Numbered from the whole stretch's first letter, positions 50,458-63,589 are shown. The stretch: DNA of 63,589 bases, filler included, from Reticulomyxa filosa (GCA_000512085.1; 20 parts of 20 records of this genome joined end to end with filler, not necessarily neighbours in it), one strand, 5' to 3'. The notes: generated from the letters alone by a model not told the origin. Made by a program: numbers and translations.

Positions 50458-51594
50458 TTACTTAAGAAAAATGGGAAATATACTTTTGACTTGAGTCCCC
50501 TTGGACAAGAAAAATTCAAAGTAATGCCACCAAACGCGGTTATAAGCATAAAAAGGGATCCATGGATACAAGTGATGGACATTGTGATAATTTTGATATA
50601 GCATGGGCAGTGTGATGCTGCCGATGTTCCACTCCTTTGACAAAAGCGTATCAGTGGACAATAGCGCAGTGACATTTGTGTCCAGATAAATATCTTTGCT
50701 TTGATGAGGACGATGTGGCAAGTAGTCAAAGACAAACGCAAGATAGGTGATCGCACACAAAGCAGGGACCAGAAAACATGAGAACAACCACGTATCATTG
50801 CAAGCAACAGCACGGTACAAAGGAAAAAGAACCAATATAGCGGCGGTCATTAAAGTTTCGGAAACTTCTTGCCATGGACGGACATTCCAACAATTGGGTA
50901 AATACACGCAATAATAGTAACCCATTTGAGTTGACCATTTCAATGGAAGCAGGTACGAATAAGAGCAATGTCCACTCCACGCATCTGGATCTTTTGATTG
51001 ATCTATTTTTTTTTTTTTTTTTAAAAAGAGTTTTATCTTGAAAAAGGTGTTGTACATTACATACATAATAAATTTTTTTTTTTTTTAAAAAAGAAAGTTA
51101 AAATAACCATTTGAAATTTGGGTGCAGGTGATGAACGTACCGGAATGGTGGAAATGGTGATGCTAATGGGATTGCACAGACTCTGCCGACTAGCTCGTTC
51201 AACCAACGATAACCACTTTGATGCGTTGCAACAGAAAAGTGAGACGCGTCGTGCATTGGCGTAAACGATATGTATGCGCATACACACCAACACGGTAGAC
51301 AATACCCTTTATTGTTTATCCCATATTTTTTTTTTTTTTTTGGAAAGCTTTTTAATACTAATAATGTAAAAGATTTATTTTATATTTATATAAAAACTTG
51401 GTTTAAAGCAAACTAATATAACTCAACAGTAGTTCCAGTTCCAGTATTTGTACCCATATTGTACTAGGACATAGACAAGCAGATTTCCAAATGCCAGAAT
51501 CAACGTTGGCCATGCAATGGGAGGAAGAGCGGATAATGACTTTGGAAGAACCGGCTTTGTTGCTTTCTTATCGTTGTCTTCCATTTTTCGGGCT
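50458..51594 (-). CDS. Membrane fatty-acid desaturase / CrtR-like hydroxylase; 3 exons; two apparent missing bases near 51112-51122
   Basis: His boxes MHDASH, HHLH(H) and YHNVHH, plus DYLPHRPH and DPD motifs. Confidence 0.85.
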
Positions 51595-51885
51595 TTTTTA
51601 TCCGCTCTCTGCCCCCCTTGTAACTTGTGAGAATAGACATTCTGACAGTGCCAAAAGAAAAAAATTTGAAGATGCTTATTTTATTGGGTTATATGTCTTT
51701 TTTGTGGAGATTGTGAAAAGCTGAAAAAACAGCTGACATTTTCTCTAACAAAGAAAAGATTTTACACTTGTCTTTTGGACAAAAGACTGTACCGTAGTTA
51801 GTTGTGAAGCGCAATGTATTGAACAAGTTGTTGGCTTGCAGTAAAAAAAAGGAAGGGGTCTGACAATTTATGTGAAGAAAGAGGC

Positions 51886-51986
51886 ATGTCGACAAAACAA
51901 CTTCGACGACTGCGAGGGAATCGAGTATTTGAAATTGCGAATCAAATTTTGGAGAAAGAGTCCTCCTCTTCGAAAGGTTCCGATGC

Positions 51987-52019
<33 letters not shown>

Positions 52020-52751
52020 AGATTACGAAGCATATGAGCGAAGGATGTTGGCGTTGAAAGCAGAGCGAGAGAAGAGCATGCAAGCAAAAGGAATACAGCC
52101 AGGACAAGACCAACAACAAAAGCAAGAAGAAGTCAAAGATAAAGATAAAGATATAACCAAAGCCCAGGAAGCAGCAATAAGCCAAGAAAAAGACGAGATA
52201 AAAAAGGAAGAAGAGAAAGTGGAACAAGCAAGCGAAGCGACAAAAGACGAGAAAGAGCTGAATGCAACGCAAGAAGCAGTGAAGAAAAAAAAGAAACCCA
52301 AGGCCAAGGGACTCATTACAGACAAAGACAAAGACAAAGAGAAAAAGAAAAAGAGAGCAAAAACGAAGGATTTGCAAAGTGAAGAAAAAGAAGAAGAAGA
52401 AGAGAAAAAAGAAGAAGAAAAAAAAGTGGAAGAAAAAGAAAAGTATGTGATAGTGAAAAGTAGATATGAGACGAAAGCATTAGACAAAAGGAAGGCGCAG
52501 GACGAAGAAAAAGTGTACGACAAGTTCATCGCGGAGGACATAGAATTTGACAGAAAGTGCGGCTATCAGGTGCAATCGCTGCTGTGTTGCGACACGCGAT
52601 ATTTGGACACCAATTATGAAATGCGCAAAAAGTTTGGCGACATTGCCGTTGACTCGCATTTACGAGAACGGGCTGTCGGCGAGGCCACTGACGATCGTAG
52701 GAAAAAGCACGTTTTGTTGAGGCAATTGAACAAGCAAAAGATCAAAGACAG
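51886..52751 (+). CDS. TCF25: TCF25/Rqc1 (Nulp1)-family protein, 3'-partial
   Basis: N-terminal MSTKQLRRLRG and motif LCCDTRYLDTNYEMRKKFG, separated by a charged linker. Confidence 0.7.
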
Positions 52752-54889
52752 TTTGTTTGTTTGTTTGTTTGTTTTAAACAGTTTCAAAATTGTAAACATA
52801 AACTTTTTTTTTTTTTTTTTNNNNNNNNNNNNNNNNNNNNNNNNNNNNNNNNNNNNNNNNNNNNTTAATTAATTAANNNNNNNNNNNNNNNNNNNNNNNN
52901 NNNNNNNNNNNNNNNNNNNNCTTTTATTTGTTCGTGATTTTTGGATTTTAAATTTGTTGAATTTGGTGGTTTGTCATGAAGATCATTGTATTTGTTTAAG
53001 TTTATGTAAAACATCGGAATTTATTTTGATGATAGTTAATAGTCAATTATGATAACAGTTTCAGTGAATGCGTTTTTTTTTAGGAATGAAAGTGATTGGA
53101 TGCACCTATATTTAGTTGTATTTTTTCAATGGAACAATTTAAATATTGATCAAAATAAAGGTTAAAAGGATGTATTAAAAGTGTAACCAAGTTAGAGATA
53201 GTGATTGCAAAGAAAGTATGAAACGTTTATATTGCATTAATAATAAATTATGTCTTTTTTGTTAGAGAAATTTGTTACCGATTTTAAAGTTTTGGCTATG
53301 TCGTCCAATTCAAACAAATATACAATGCGTGAAAGTGCAAACAAAGTAAAAGGTGATAGTATGTCAAATGTATTGAATAAATAATCACCACATATTCCCA
53401 ATCACTCAGAATTGATGAACTTACTCTCGAAACAATTGAAAGTTTCATATGAAAAGGTATAAATTGAATAGAATTGGAACACTTATTACAAAAACAAATA
53501 TATACACTATTCAAACAGGAGCATTTTATCGTTATGCATACACTAATCAAAACTATTTTCAATTTTATCTTAATTCAACAGAACAAGCCCATTTTTCTCG
53601 ATTTTATAAGTCCAAATTTCCAAAACTTATTAAGGTTTCAAAGAAATTTATAAGAAATTTGATTTTATTTTGACATTAATGTATTTTGTTTGTTTAAGCT
53701 TAAGTATTTGAATTTGAATAACACCACATCATTAGGGAGTGGCGGCCCTGTATCGTTTGTTGCATCCGGGGTTGGTGCAGTGTTGCAGTGGATACACCAT
53801 TGCTGATCGGATTTCGATAATTTGGTTTCTTCGGCTACTAATTCTTCGATCGGAGCCAAGACTTTGGTGCTATCTTCCAAATCTTTTTGTTTAAGTTTTC
53901 TTCTATCTTTGATTCAATATCTTTGTGTCGATCTATAACGCTTGGACTATTGTATTTACCTCTTCCAACAATTTTTCTTTTAATTTTCTTTTTTTTTAAA
54001 GTAAGAAGTGTGTGCATAATCACTCCAAAAAAAAATTACGTATACTACAAATTCTAAAAATTTAAATTGAATAAATTTTTNNNNNNNNNNNNNNNNNNNN
54101 NNNNNNNNNNNNNNNNNNNNNNNNTTAATTAATTAANNNNNNNNNNNNNNNNNNNNNNNNNNNNNNNNNNNNNNNNNNNNTTTTTTTTCCCATTCAGCTT
54201 CACACTTGCAATTACGTACACTTTTTTTTTTTTTGGAAAATAATAAAGACTATGATAGAATGAGTGAAGAAAAATTCGAAACTTCGGTAGTTGGTTCGAC
54301 ATGAGACGCGGTGGTAGTAACCATAAGTTTGGCAAGTTCTTTGAACATTTCATTTTTTTCAGTGTCAAAGTCTCCTTCGTCCCACATATCGATTTCATTA
54401 AATTTGAAATCCCTTTGCTCGTGATCTTGCTTTTGCTTTTGCTGATTCGCTTTTTTTTGTTTTATGGGTCTTGTTGATTGCGTGTATTGTACTGTTCCAC
54501 ATGTATCACGTCGTCGTCGCTCGAGTAGCTGCTTTTACTCTCTTCGCAATCACTGATTCCGTTAACTTGTACAAACCAGTAATCATTGCTTTTGTCATTC
54601 CTTTTCGCTTTGCTAATCTCTTGTCACTGCCTTTTGAATCAGTGACAAAACTTTTTCTATCTCTTCTAACTGTTTTTTCTTATTGTTGTCTCCAAACGGG
54701 ATCAGTTTGTCTAATGAAGGTATCTATTTTTTTTTACCAAAAAAAAAGGATAGAAAAAGGAGAAAGTAAAGAAAGACATTTTGGAAAACAAAAGAATATT
54801 CAAATTTTTTGAATCTTTGGAGAAAAAATTCAAAATGACGTGTACTATTTTTATTTTTTTTGGTTATCCTTTTTCCAAAACAAAAAAAA

Positions 54890-55745
54890 ATGATAAATTT
54901 ACATAAAATGAATCGCGTATTATTAATCAATACGAAGAATCTACAAGTGATAGTGCAAAGTGGTTATACGGTGAAACAGGTGCTGAAGGTGATACGTCCG
55001 TACAGAATGATATTTGAAAACACTCAATCGATAGTGACACAGCAAATTAGCGGAAGTGAGCACACAAAGAACGGGGATGAACATAGGCTCTTGCAACACG
55101 CAAGTGGTGACATTGATTGCAAATAATCCATTCTTGCAATGCACAGCAGGTGTCATGCGAACAAGACGACGACAGCTCGGACCTGTTTCCGTTTGTCAAC
55201 ATGGGCCTGAGTAACTTGGGCGTGGTAATGCAAATGACCTTGCAATGCGTGAATAGTCACAAGCTGAAGGAAGAAGTGCGCATCTATTCGCACAAAGAGT
55301 TGACGAAAAAAATGGCCGATGACTCGTGACTGCACTTTTGTGACCCGATCATTGTCATAAGTATTCGTTTGCCTCGAATTATGCTTCCCTTACACTCAAA
55401 ACGTGCACTTATCGTTCTCGATTTGTTGCATTACATTCAAACGTTGCAAATTCCTGCACACGCGCGGATCGAACAGCGATTGACAGCACGCAGTACAGCA
55501 ATCTTTTTTAAATATGTACAATATGTACATACATATACATATATATATAATTATTATATAGAACGTATACGTGATTTTTTTAAAAAAAACAATTTAAATA
55601 TTAATGAGCCCGGCATATTCCTCCAATGAAAAAGACAATTCATGTGGCTTGGGGTTGTGTTTTATTTGCCAGCACAAGACCAAAAAATTCGAGGTGATAT
55701 CATCAAGAACTTTGCTTTGTATGAATGTGTGCATGATCATCTTTG
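54890..55745 (+). pseudogene. L-galactonolactone dehydrogenase / ALO-family FAD oxidase pseudogene fragments
   Basis: INLHKMNRVL...VQSG, ENxxSIVTQQISG, MGLSNLGVV, IPAHARIEQR and WLGVVFYLP, with stops and frameshifts. Confidence 0.7.
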
Positions 55746-55769
55746 GTGGAGAAAAGCTTGCGCACATGG

Positions 55770-56179
55770 ACTAATCCGACCCATTTTGGAAATTTACCGT
55801 ATGTACAGACACAGCCAAAATCAGTTAGTCTACAATCAAAAGTTGATCAGCGAAGTGAAAACGAACTTAAACTTCTTGCACAATGACTTCAAAGGTGAGT
55901 TGGCGAAACCAAAACAGTCAAGAAGATTAGCGTTTTGAAAATCACTTAATTCAAGTCGTATTGTCTCATTTGTTTTTGGACCTTTTGGCATGTAGGGTGA
56001 GCATGTCGTTGATTGTTGCCATTGACTTCACGGGATCCAATGGCCACCCTTTGTACCATCAAAGTTTGCAATGTTTGTTTCCTTAGAGCTCGCAATACCA
56101 GCAAGCCATCCGCACATTGGCAATATTGTGTCTTGGTATGATTCCGATAAATACTTTACTGTGTGTGGATTTGTTAAGT
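55770..56179 (+). pseudogene. Copine pseudogene fragment
   Basis: PILEIYR...SEVK (C2-like), MSLIVAIDFTGSNGHP, YQQAI and YDSDKYF (copine VWA), with stops. Confidence 0.7.
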
Positions 56180-56317
56180 NNNNNNNNNNNNNNNNNNNNN
56201 NNNNNNNNNNNNNNNNNNNNNNNTTAATTAATTAANNNNNNNNNNNNNNNNNNNNNNNNNNNNNNNNNNNNNNNNNNNNAAAAAAAAAAAAAAGGGAATT
56301 ATTTATCTGTGAACAAA

Positions 56318-57600
56318 GCCGAGTTACGCGGGCTTTCAATGAGGAAGAGCTCGACGTAGTTGCTAGTCATCTACAACGAACTGCTCGATCACATTCTTTG
56401 CATCGATCGTATACTTCGACAGCCTTTTGGGATATCTTGTTAGGTCGGCGCTGGCAAAAAAAAAAAAAAAAAAAAAAAAAAGCGTGTTTTCTCGCTTCAT
56501 GTCGTGGGCTCAATAATGGCATTGTCTACTTTCCAAAATCAAGGTACACAAAGACTATACTCAGGAACACTTTGACCAGGATTTGCGCAAGTGTTCTCAT
56601 TCGCGCCGGGCGTCGAACGGCGAATGCATCACGTTCTTGTGTCGACGAATCCCCAATATCTTGCACAGTGCGTTCCTGGAACGCATGAATGCGCTGCTCG
56701 CGCCCGGTGAAGTCACTGGCTGGAGGAGGAGGAGGAGGAGGAGCTACAACACAATACCTGGCCAAGAACTACATGACCCATGACCCGATCCACGTACATA
56801 TAACGCTCAAACACTTACTTGGACCTGATCCGACGAAAAGCAACAGCATCTCGATGAACTGCAGCGGCATTTGAGCGTCGGACTGAAGATCCTGCACGAG
56901 ACGGAAGAGGAGGAGGAGGAGGAGAAGGTGGAAAAGCGACAGCTCGACCTGAATGAAAAGGGAGACACAGCTGCCGGAGCAGCAGCGGATTGCTGACGAA
57001 AAGCTGCACCAGATGATGCACTCGGAGCAAGAGGTGACCAAGTCCAGAGAGGAGGCCATCCGAGTGGAGGAAGAGATTAGTAAGGAAATGGCGATGATTA
57101 CGGCGCAAGCCAAGCCAGCATTGGAGTTAGCACACCAATCGGTGTCGAATATAAAAAAAAAAAAAGAGCCAGTTGGACGAAATCAGAGCCATGAGAAGTC
57201 CTCTCCAGAGCGAGCGAAGTTGACATTGTAAGCAGCGTTTATTCTGTTGAATTGGAAGATTGACGCAAACGACCCGCCGGGAATGATTAAGGCAGTGGCG
57301 AACAAAGAGTTTATTCAGTCGATTCTCAACTTTGATACGAACGCGATTGCAGATAAGCAACGAAGTCGTGTGAGCAAGTATTTGGAGAACCCCTGACTTG
57401 CAATACGAGCTGATGAACAAGTCATCACAAGCATGTGGTGGTGCAAATTGGAAACCGTACAATCAAAGAGTACAAAGCCGAATACGCCAAAATGCACGAA
57501 ATGATGCAGGTGCAACAATCGATGGCACGCGTGCCAAGCAGCTGCTGCAAGACCTGTCGCAAGAGAAGCCACCATCAGCTTCGAAAGACAGAATTGAATA
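56318..57600 (+). pseudogene. Cytoplasmic dynein heavy chain pseudogene (AAA4 to stalk) with internal deletions
   Basis: FNEEELDV..LVIYNELLDHILCIDRILRQP, GAGK, FLERMNALLAPGEV, HYLDLI, AKPALELAHQSVSNIKK and NKSSQACG. Many frameshifts and stops. Confidence 0.85.
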
Positions 57601-57740
57601 CGTTTGGTTGGAGATTGTCTCATTTCCACTGCCTTTTTTTNNNNNNNNNNNNNNNNNNNNNNNNNNNNNNNNNNNNNNNNNNNNTTAATTAATTAANNNN
57701 NNNNNNNNNNNNNNNNNNNNNNNNNNNNNNNNNNNNNNNN

Positions 57741-58403
57741 GTTATCGATATCACTGTCCATATCCAATTCACTTTTGTAATCTTCATCTGTCTCCACTTC
57801 TCTTTCCATTTCATCTTCATCTTCATCTCTTTCTTCATTCTCACTGTTTTTATCTTCATTTGATAAGTCATCCAATTTGGCTGCGAATCTATTATGTTGT
57901 ATTGCTGTGTTCTTTTTATTAAATGTCACTGGCTCTTCGGATTCAGAGGACCACGATGATGAATCGTCCTCTTTCTCTTTCTCTTTCCCTTTTACATTTT
58001 TTTGCTCTTTTGCAGCTGCCTTCGTTTCAATTACGTCTTGTGTTTTTGGTTCCTTGTTTTCGGAGTGTTCTGGGTTGTTGTCGTTGTCCTCGTCGTTTTC
58101 ATTGCTCTTTAACTCGTTTTGTGGATTTGCTGTCTCCTGATTTGAAGTGAGAGGCACGTCATTCGATTCTTCATCATCACTTCTCTCCTCTTCAAGCCAG
58201 TCGAGCTCGTCGTCATTGTTTGTGACGTTTTCGGTATCATTTGTTTTGCTGTTTTCTTCGCTCTTTGTTCCGGCTTCTGTATTTGAGACAATAGCGTCGG
58301 TCATATCCAATTTTTGGCGCTTCGTTGGTGGTTCTGAATCATTTGCTGTAGTTTCTTGTATTTCCGAAAATTTTTGCTTTTTTGCGCGAAAAAGTTTGGG
58401 CAT
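57741..58403 (-). CDS. Acidic low-complexity protein N-terminus with NLS-like PPTKRQK, 3'-partial
   Basis: Open ORF from MPKLFRAKK to the contig end. Confidence 0.55.
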
Positions 58404-58755
58404 TTGCAGATTTAAAAAATGGTTTGTCCTTTCTGAGTGAACTTTCAAACTTGTCTCGTTCTTTTTTTTTGTCTGAAGCTATTTAGTCTCAACTACAAAC
58501 ATTCCCAAGTAAATCCATCAATAAAAAAACATTGAAACAGATAAAAAGTACTAAAACAATACCCTTTTCGATTTATAAAACAAGATATTTAAAGCCGTGT
58601 TTGGTCAAATAATCAAACTTATTTTGCAATACTCCTTTGATGGTTGTCTACTTGTGGATCAGACTTAAAAGTACTAAACAAACGGAGTCGGGGAATAAAG
58701 TTCGAACAACTTTTCTTAAAAAGTTTGTCCACTTTTCTTGAAAACAACCAAGACA

Positions 58756-59252
58756 ATGACAGAAATAAGCGAATCCAAAAACGACAACCAAAAGACAATT
58801 GTTACACACAACGGAATGTAAGTAGTGCTTTTGTTTCTGGAGCTGCGTGACCACACTTCAAAAAACAAACAACAAACAAACAGCAAACAAACAACAAATA
58901 AATAAATAAAGCTTCCATTGTGACGAAGTGATAGCAGTTTACATGCTAACCCATCATACAAAAGAGTTTGCATTTGCAAGTTTGGTATAATTTTTCTATA
59001 TTATTAATAATAAAAAATTAGAAAAATAAAGTCAGAGTCGGAGTGAATGGGATGCAGCCCTGCAACAACAAAAATAATAGAGATAATCCGCAGCAGAAAA
59101 AAAGAAGATTGGTCAAAAGGAGATGTGTTGCTAGATGTTGGAGGAGAATTTGATCTAAAAAAAAGACACTTTGACCATCATCAAACTGGATTTAACCAAA
59201 CATTTTCGGATAAACACACTACCAGATTATCAACTGCAGGCCTTGTTTTCAA
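58756..59252 (+). CDS. MYG1: MYG1 exonuclease, 3'-partial, 3 exons visible
   Basis: Spliced TIVTHNGIFHCDEVIAVYML, IIRSR, LDVGGEFD, FDHHQTGF and RLSTAGLVF. Confidence 0.9.
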
Positions 59253-60122
59253 GTAAGTTCACGAGATTTTCAAAAAATATATATGTATATATCTTTGTCA
59301 CAAAAAAAANNNNNNNNNNNNNNNNNNNNNNNNNNNNNNNNNNNNNNNNNNNNTTAATTAATTAANNNNNNNNNNNNNNNNNNNNNNNNNNNNNNNNNNN
59401 NNNNNNNNNCGGTGTTGTTTTTCTTTTTGTGGCACAACAGCCCTTCTTGTTTTAAAGTTTGAACAAAGCTTAATCTCGTTGATACATACAATTAATTATT
59501 AGAAAGAGAACATTGGGCAAGAAGCCAATCTGGAACCTCGTTCATTGTGTTTTCATTACAAAACTTTGTATGATTTCAATTTATGTGTGTTGTGTTCAAC
59601 GGCCGTTTCCTTTCATATAACGAAGATACTCTTTGGATCCAACATTTGCTTAATTTAATTTCTTTAAATGTTTATTTCAAGTATTTTCATCAATATTTAA
59701 ATTTGAAGTTTTTTTTGCTGCCAATGATCTAGTTAATTGAAGGTTGTCGAATTGTAAATGCACTTACGTTCGCAACTTTAAAGAGAAAAAAACTTACACT
59801 CACGATAGTTAAAAAAAAATCTTAATTCGTATATTTTTTCAATCTTTTAATACCGTTTATGAAATTTTGAGTTGAGTATTAAGAAAATTTGAATTGTGAC
59901 AAAGATGTCCCATATGAGTAAAAATGTAACCCAAATGTTCGCAAGACTCCAATCTTTCATCAAATTGCACATAGCACACGATATTGAGACATGTTTTCGT
60001 TTGCACCAATTTTTTCACAACGACTGATTTACAAAACTTCATTTAAAAAAAAACACTCACAAAAACCTTTGGCGATACACAAACGAATATGCGATCGAAA
60101 AAAACAAAATTAAATCTCGGGT

Positions 60123-60703
60123 TTATCCCGTGCGCCCAGCATATCGCTTAGCTTTTTCTCTCAATCTCAAAGCTTCCAATCTTTTTTCCTCTTTGGTGAG
60201 CTCTTCCAGTTCATGTTTTTCTTTGTCTTTGTCATTGAGTTTTTCTTTTTTGAGCAGTCTTTCTTTGACTTTTTGTTGTTGCTCTTTCCTGCGATTTTCA
60301 TCGCGGACATAGATCCTAAGTTGATTGGCAACATCCGTGATGGCGTTGACCAGGTCGAAGGCGTTGTCATCGGCAATATGATTGCTTTCGTAGTTTTCCT
60401 GGACAAACTGCAGGAAATAGCGGAAGTCGACAAACCCACTGTCGTCCGTGCACAAATACATGACAATGAATTCCATATCTTCCTCATTGGGCTCCAGTCC
60501 AATCATGCTAAAGGCCGTTTTGAGCAACGCCAAGTCGACATCGGCCCCGTCCAAAGCCAAGTCTTCAATTAACTGTGTCAAAGGATTGGAAGGATCCAAT
60601 TCCTGAATACTGGCGCAGCTGCTGAATCGTCGATGGCGTCCCACAGTTTTGTCATCCTTCGAATCCGTTTGACTTATGTTATATTGTGACTCTGTCACCA
60701 CTC
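60123..60703 (-). CDS. EF-hand-containing protein C-terminus, 5'-partial
   Basis: Calmodulin-like LKTAFSMIGLEPNEEDMEFI and loop DDSGFVDFRYFL, followed by a coiled-coil tail. Confidence 0.7.
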
Positions 60704-60869
60704 CCTTTTTTTTTTTTTTTTTTTTTTTTAACGTTTACCCCCTTTTTTTTATTTTTAACTTACCTACCCNNNNNNNNNNNNNNNNNNNNNNNNNNNNNNN
60801 NNNNNNNNNNNNNTTAATTAATTAANNNNNNNNNNNNNNNNNNNNNNNNNNNNNNNNNNNNNNNNNNNN

Positions 60870-62165
60870 ACGTAGACAATGGAAATAAAGACAAAGAAGA
60901 CGAAGAGAAGAAGAGCAAGATCGGTACATGTATGTTGTTGTCTGGTGTGGATACCACAAACGCAAGTCAAGTTGTTATTGACAACGATGGTTATCACCAA
61001 CTCGGCGATCAATATGGACGAGATTTCCGAGGGTCGACGGGAGTTTATGGCAGCAATAATTGGTCATCTCACAGTATTGGCAACAGCAATGTGTTAATGA
61101 CAAAGCGGACAGATCATTGTAATTCCAATGGCATTACAGATTCGACATCACCCTGGTTATTGACATGTGCAAATAATAATTCCACAGTGGAGCAGAGGGG
61201 CCACCAGAAAAATTCATCATGCACCTTGTTTTCGTTGCCATTACCACAAGATAACGTACACCTGCAGGACCAGTCGATGTACTTTTCTTGTTATTCACCG
61301 ACATCCATGTCGATGATGACGATGAAACTCCATTTGCAAAAGTTGACGTTATCCGTAATGGAAGGCCTAGATAACAGAGGAACACATTGGCATATCTGCC
61401 GGCAATTGGAGCAAAGTGCCTTAGCGTGGCTAGAACGTGCATGGAAGGACGATGACACGTCATTTCTGGTGGCTATGGGTCATGCGTTTTTCACCTTGGC
61501 AAGTGTTTACTATGCGAACCAGCACGAATTCCCCAGCCATGCAGAGCGTGCGTTGGATTATACAAACAAAGCTCTGTGTTTCTTGAAAAAATCCAACGCA
61601 GCCAAAAAAAATGTGGACGCGTCGAATCAATGGGTGATCACTCTTAATAGTAGCCCATGGAATAACAAGACGACAGAAACACCATTGTTCGATAATGACT
61701 GGGGTCCATACTGGGAATGTATTTGTGAGGCATACATCTTAGGTGGGCATTTGCTGCTTGATCAGCACAACTGGGCACAATCGTCTCATTACTTTAAGAC
61801 TGCTTACAATTTGGTGGAGACTGCATTGCTTACACTCTTCAGTTGTTTTTATATTATAGCTTGTTTTGCGTGGAATTAAACTGGTGATTTTTTGCAAATT
61901 TTTTATCAAACAGTCCCTCCAAAAAAAAATTTTTGTGTGTCCTTATGTGCAGATGTCAACCAAAACAACGCGGCATTATTTTTAAAGATTAGAGTACTCC
62001 AAGGGTTGGGCTTAGCTTATTACAATTTAAAACGTTATGACGTTGCCAAAACGTATGGGGACATGCTGGTAAAAGCAATTGTCTCGCTAAATCAAAGCGA
62101 TGATATCACAGCCTTTCAAACAAAGATGTACAAAGAACTAAATGCGAGGACATTTCACCTTTCTT
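60870..62165 (+). CDS. TPR-like repeat protein, internal fragment
   Basis: Helical repeats AFFTLASVYY, AYILGGHLLL and VLQGLGLAYYNLKRYDVAKTY. Confidence 0.6.
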
Positions 62166-63019
62166 GCCTATTTCGATTGGCCACATCCAACCCTTGTCTA
62201 GTTGAGTTTTTACGAAATTTTTGTTTGTTTGTTTTTCTTGCACTTATTTTGTCTCACATTTTTTTTTTTTNNNNNNNNNNNNNNNNNNNNNNNNNNNNNN
62301 NNNNNNNNNNNNNNTTAATTAATTAANNNNNNNNNNNNNNNNNNNNNNNNNNNNNNNNNNNNNNNNNNNNAAAAAAAAATACACTCTGCTTTTTATTCTT
62401 CATATGCTCAAAAAATATATTGCAACAGTCAAATCACGTAACGCTACAAGTCGCGGAAGCTTCCCATTCAATTGCGATTGCACAGGGGATGGTCTTTCAG
62501 TCACCGTGTACACACAATTGCAAACGTTCGAAACTGGAACATCAAATCTCAACAAATGGGCTGCCGATATAAAGGCAGTTTCATCTTCGGTCTCTTCTAT
62601 ATCAGACATGGATTGACACAATAATGTTTGGATGATGGATTATCTTTTTTATTTCAAATGAAGCAACCCCCTTTTTACTTGTTTTCTGCTCTTTTTGTAG
62701 TTTTTTTTTCTTCATATCCAATATCATTCCTTGAATAGATTAGAATTGGAAAAAAGCAATTTTATTCAAAAACACAAACCTTGCTTGTTCTCAGTTTTGG
62801 ACTTCAAAGTAGTGCTTCAAACAAAAATGCTTTTTAATTGTTTGTGATATTATTTTTTCAAATTGAATGGAATTTCCGTAACGTAAGAATGAAAGTTAGT
62901 TTGTAATTTTTTGCAAAGTTTTACAAAATCATTTAGTAGAACGAAAAGAGGTTCATGAAATGTTTTTGACATGAAGCAAGAATAAATCCACTGGAAATAA
63001 CTCGCAAAAAATCAATATC

Positions 63020-63530
63020 ATGGTTTTTCGTAGTAGTTTGAGACGACATTGGGAAAAGATATGTCCAAAATCGGTAGGTAGTGCTTTTGAGGAAAAAGAA
63101 GTGGCATGTTCGGTTAATGACATGAAAACCAAGTATTTGAAAAAGCGAAACTGGATGAATACATTGTTGGTGCTTTGCGTTGGTGTCTGTGTGCTAATAT
63201 TTTTTTTGATGTATCCAATACTGTTTGAAAGCGAGCCGAATGAAATAGCATCCTATCATCTCACTTTTTATTCCGGAAAAGCATGGGACAAAAGTAAGCC
63301 ATTAAACGGCAATTCGTCTGTGAACAGTGCCCCAGCCAAATCAAAGTCTGGTAAAAAATCGCTTATCATAACCTATCAAGAAAGACAAAAAGAAAAGCAA
63401 GCCCAAAGGACTTTGGGGCATGCTACGATAACAGTGAAGCACTACCACAAGCACTCACAAAACCCTTGCGTCACAATCGTGGTAGACACAACCCATGGAT
63501 TATTGGGACCACATAAAGAAATGTTACTGG
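63020..63530 (+). CDS. Type II membrane protein, first exon (runs off the window)
   Basis: Open frame from ATG 63020 with TM segment TLLVLCVGVCVLIFFLMYPIL, ending at a GT donor before a (TA)n tract. Confidence 0.55.
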
Positions 63531-63546
63531 GTAACCTATATAATAC

Positions 63547-63588
<42 letters not shown>

Positions 63589-63589
63589 G

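Noticed and set aside
52921-54080. Short ORFs in AT-rich contigs (also 1-1000, 49405-50013 and 59410-60042)
   Set aside because: They are fragmentary and interrupted by stops with no identifiable family, probably decayed pseudogene debris.

Overview
This is not a continuous locus. It is 20 short contigs joined by an artificial 100-nt spacer (N44-TTAATTAATTAA-N44), so gene neighbourhoods across spacers mean nothing. Nearly all of the DNA comes from an AT-rich, intron-rich eukaryote. The gene families and style suggest a rhizarian such as the foraminiferan Reticulomyxa filosa (inference, not verified). Recognisable genes: PP2A B56 subunit, ZIP zinc transporter, a 17-exon BEACH/WD40 gene, Shewanella-like phosphatase, RTF1, two dual-specificity phosphatases, GINS SLD5, a 7TM receptor-like protein, a CAP/SCP protein, a Kelch protein, a PHO80-type cyclin, a membrane desaturase/hydroxylase, TCF25 and MYG1. 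There are also decayed pseudogenes (caspase-like, dynein heavy chain, and a lactone-dehydrogenase/copine chimera). One contig (35492-36595) is clearly bacterial. The best leads are: (1) an intron-flanked eukaryotic RelA/SpoT-synthetase-like domain followed by ankyrin-like repeats; (2) two diverged non-coding elements at contig starts that share a three-way-junction fold; (3) introns with very degenerate donors and often A-rich rather than pyrimidine-rich acceptors. Several single-base frameshifts are most likely homopolymer sequencing errors.
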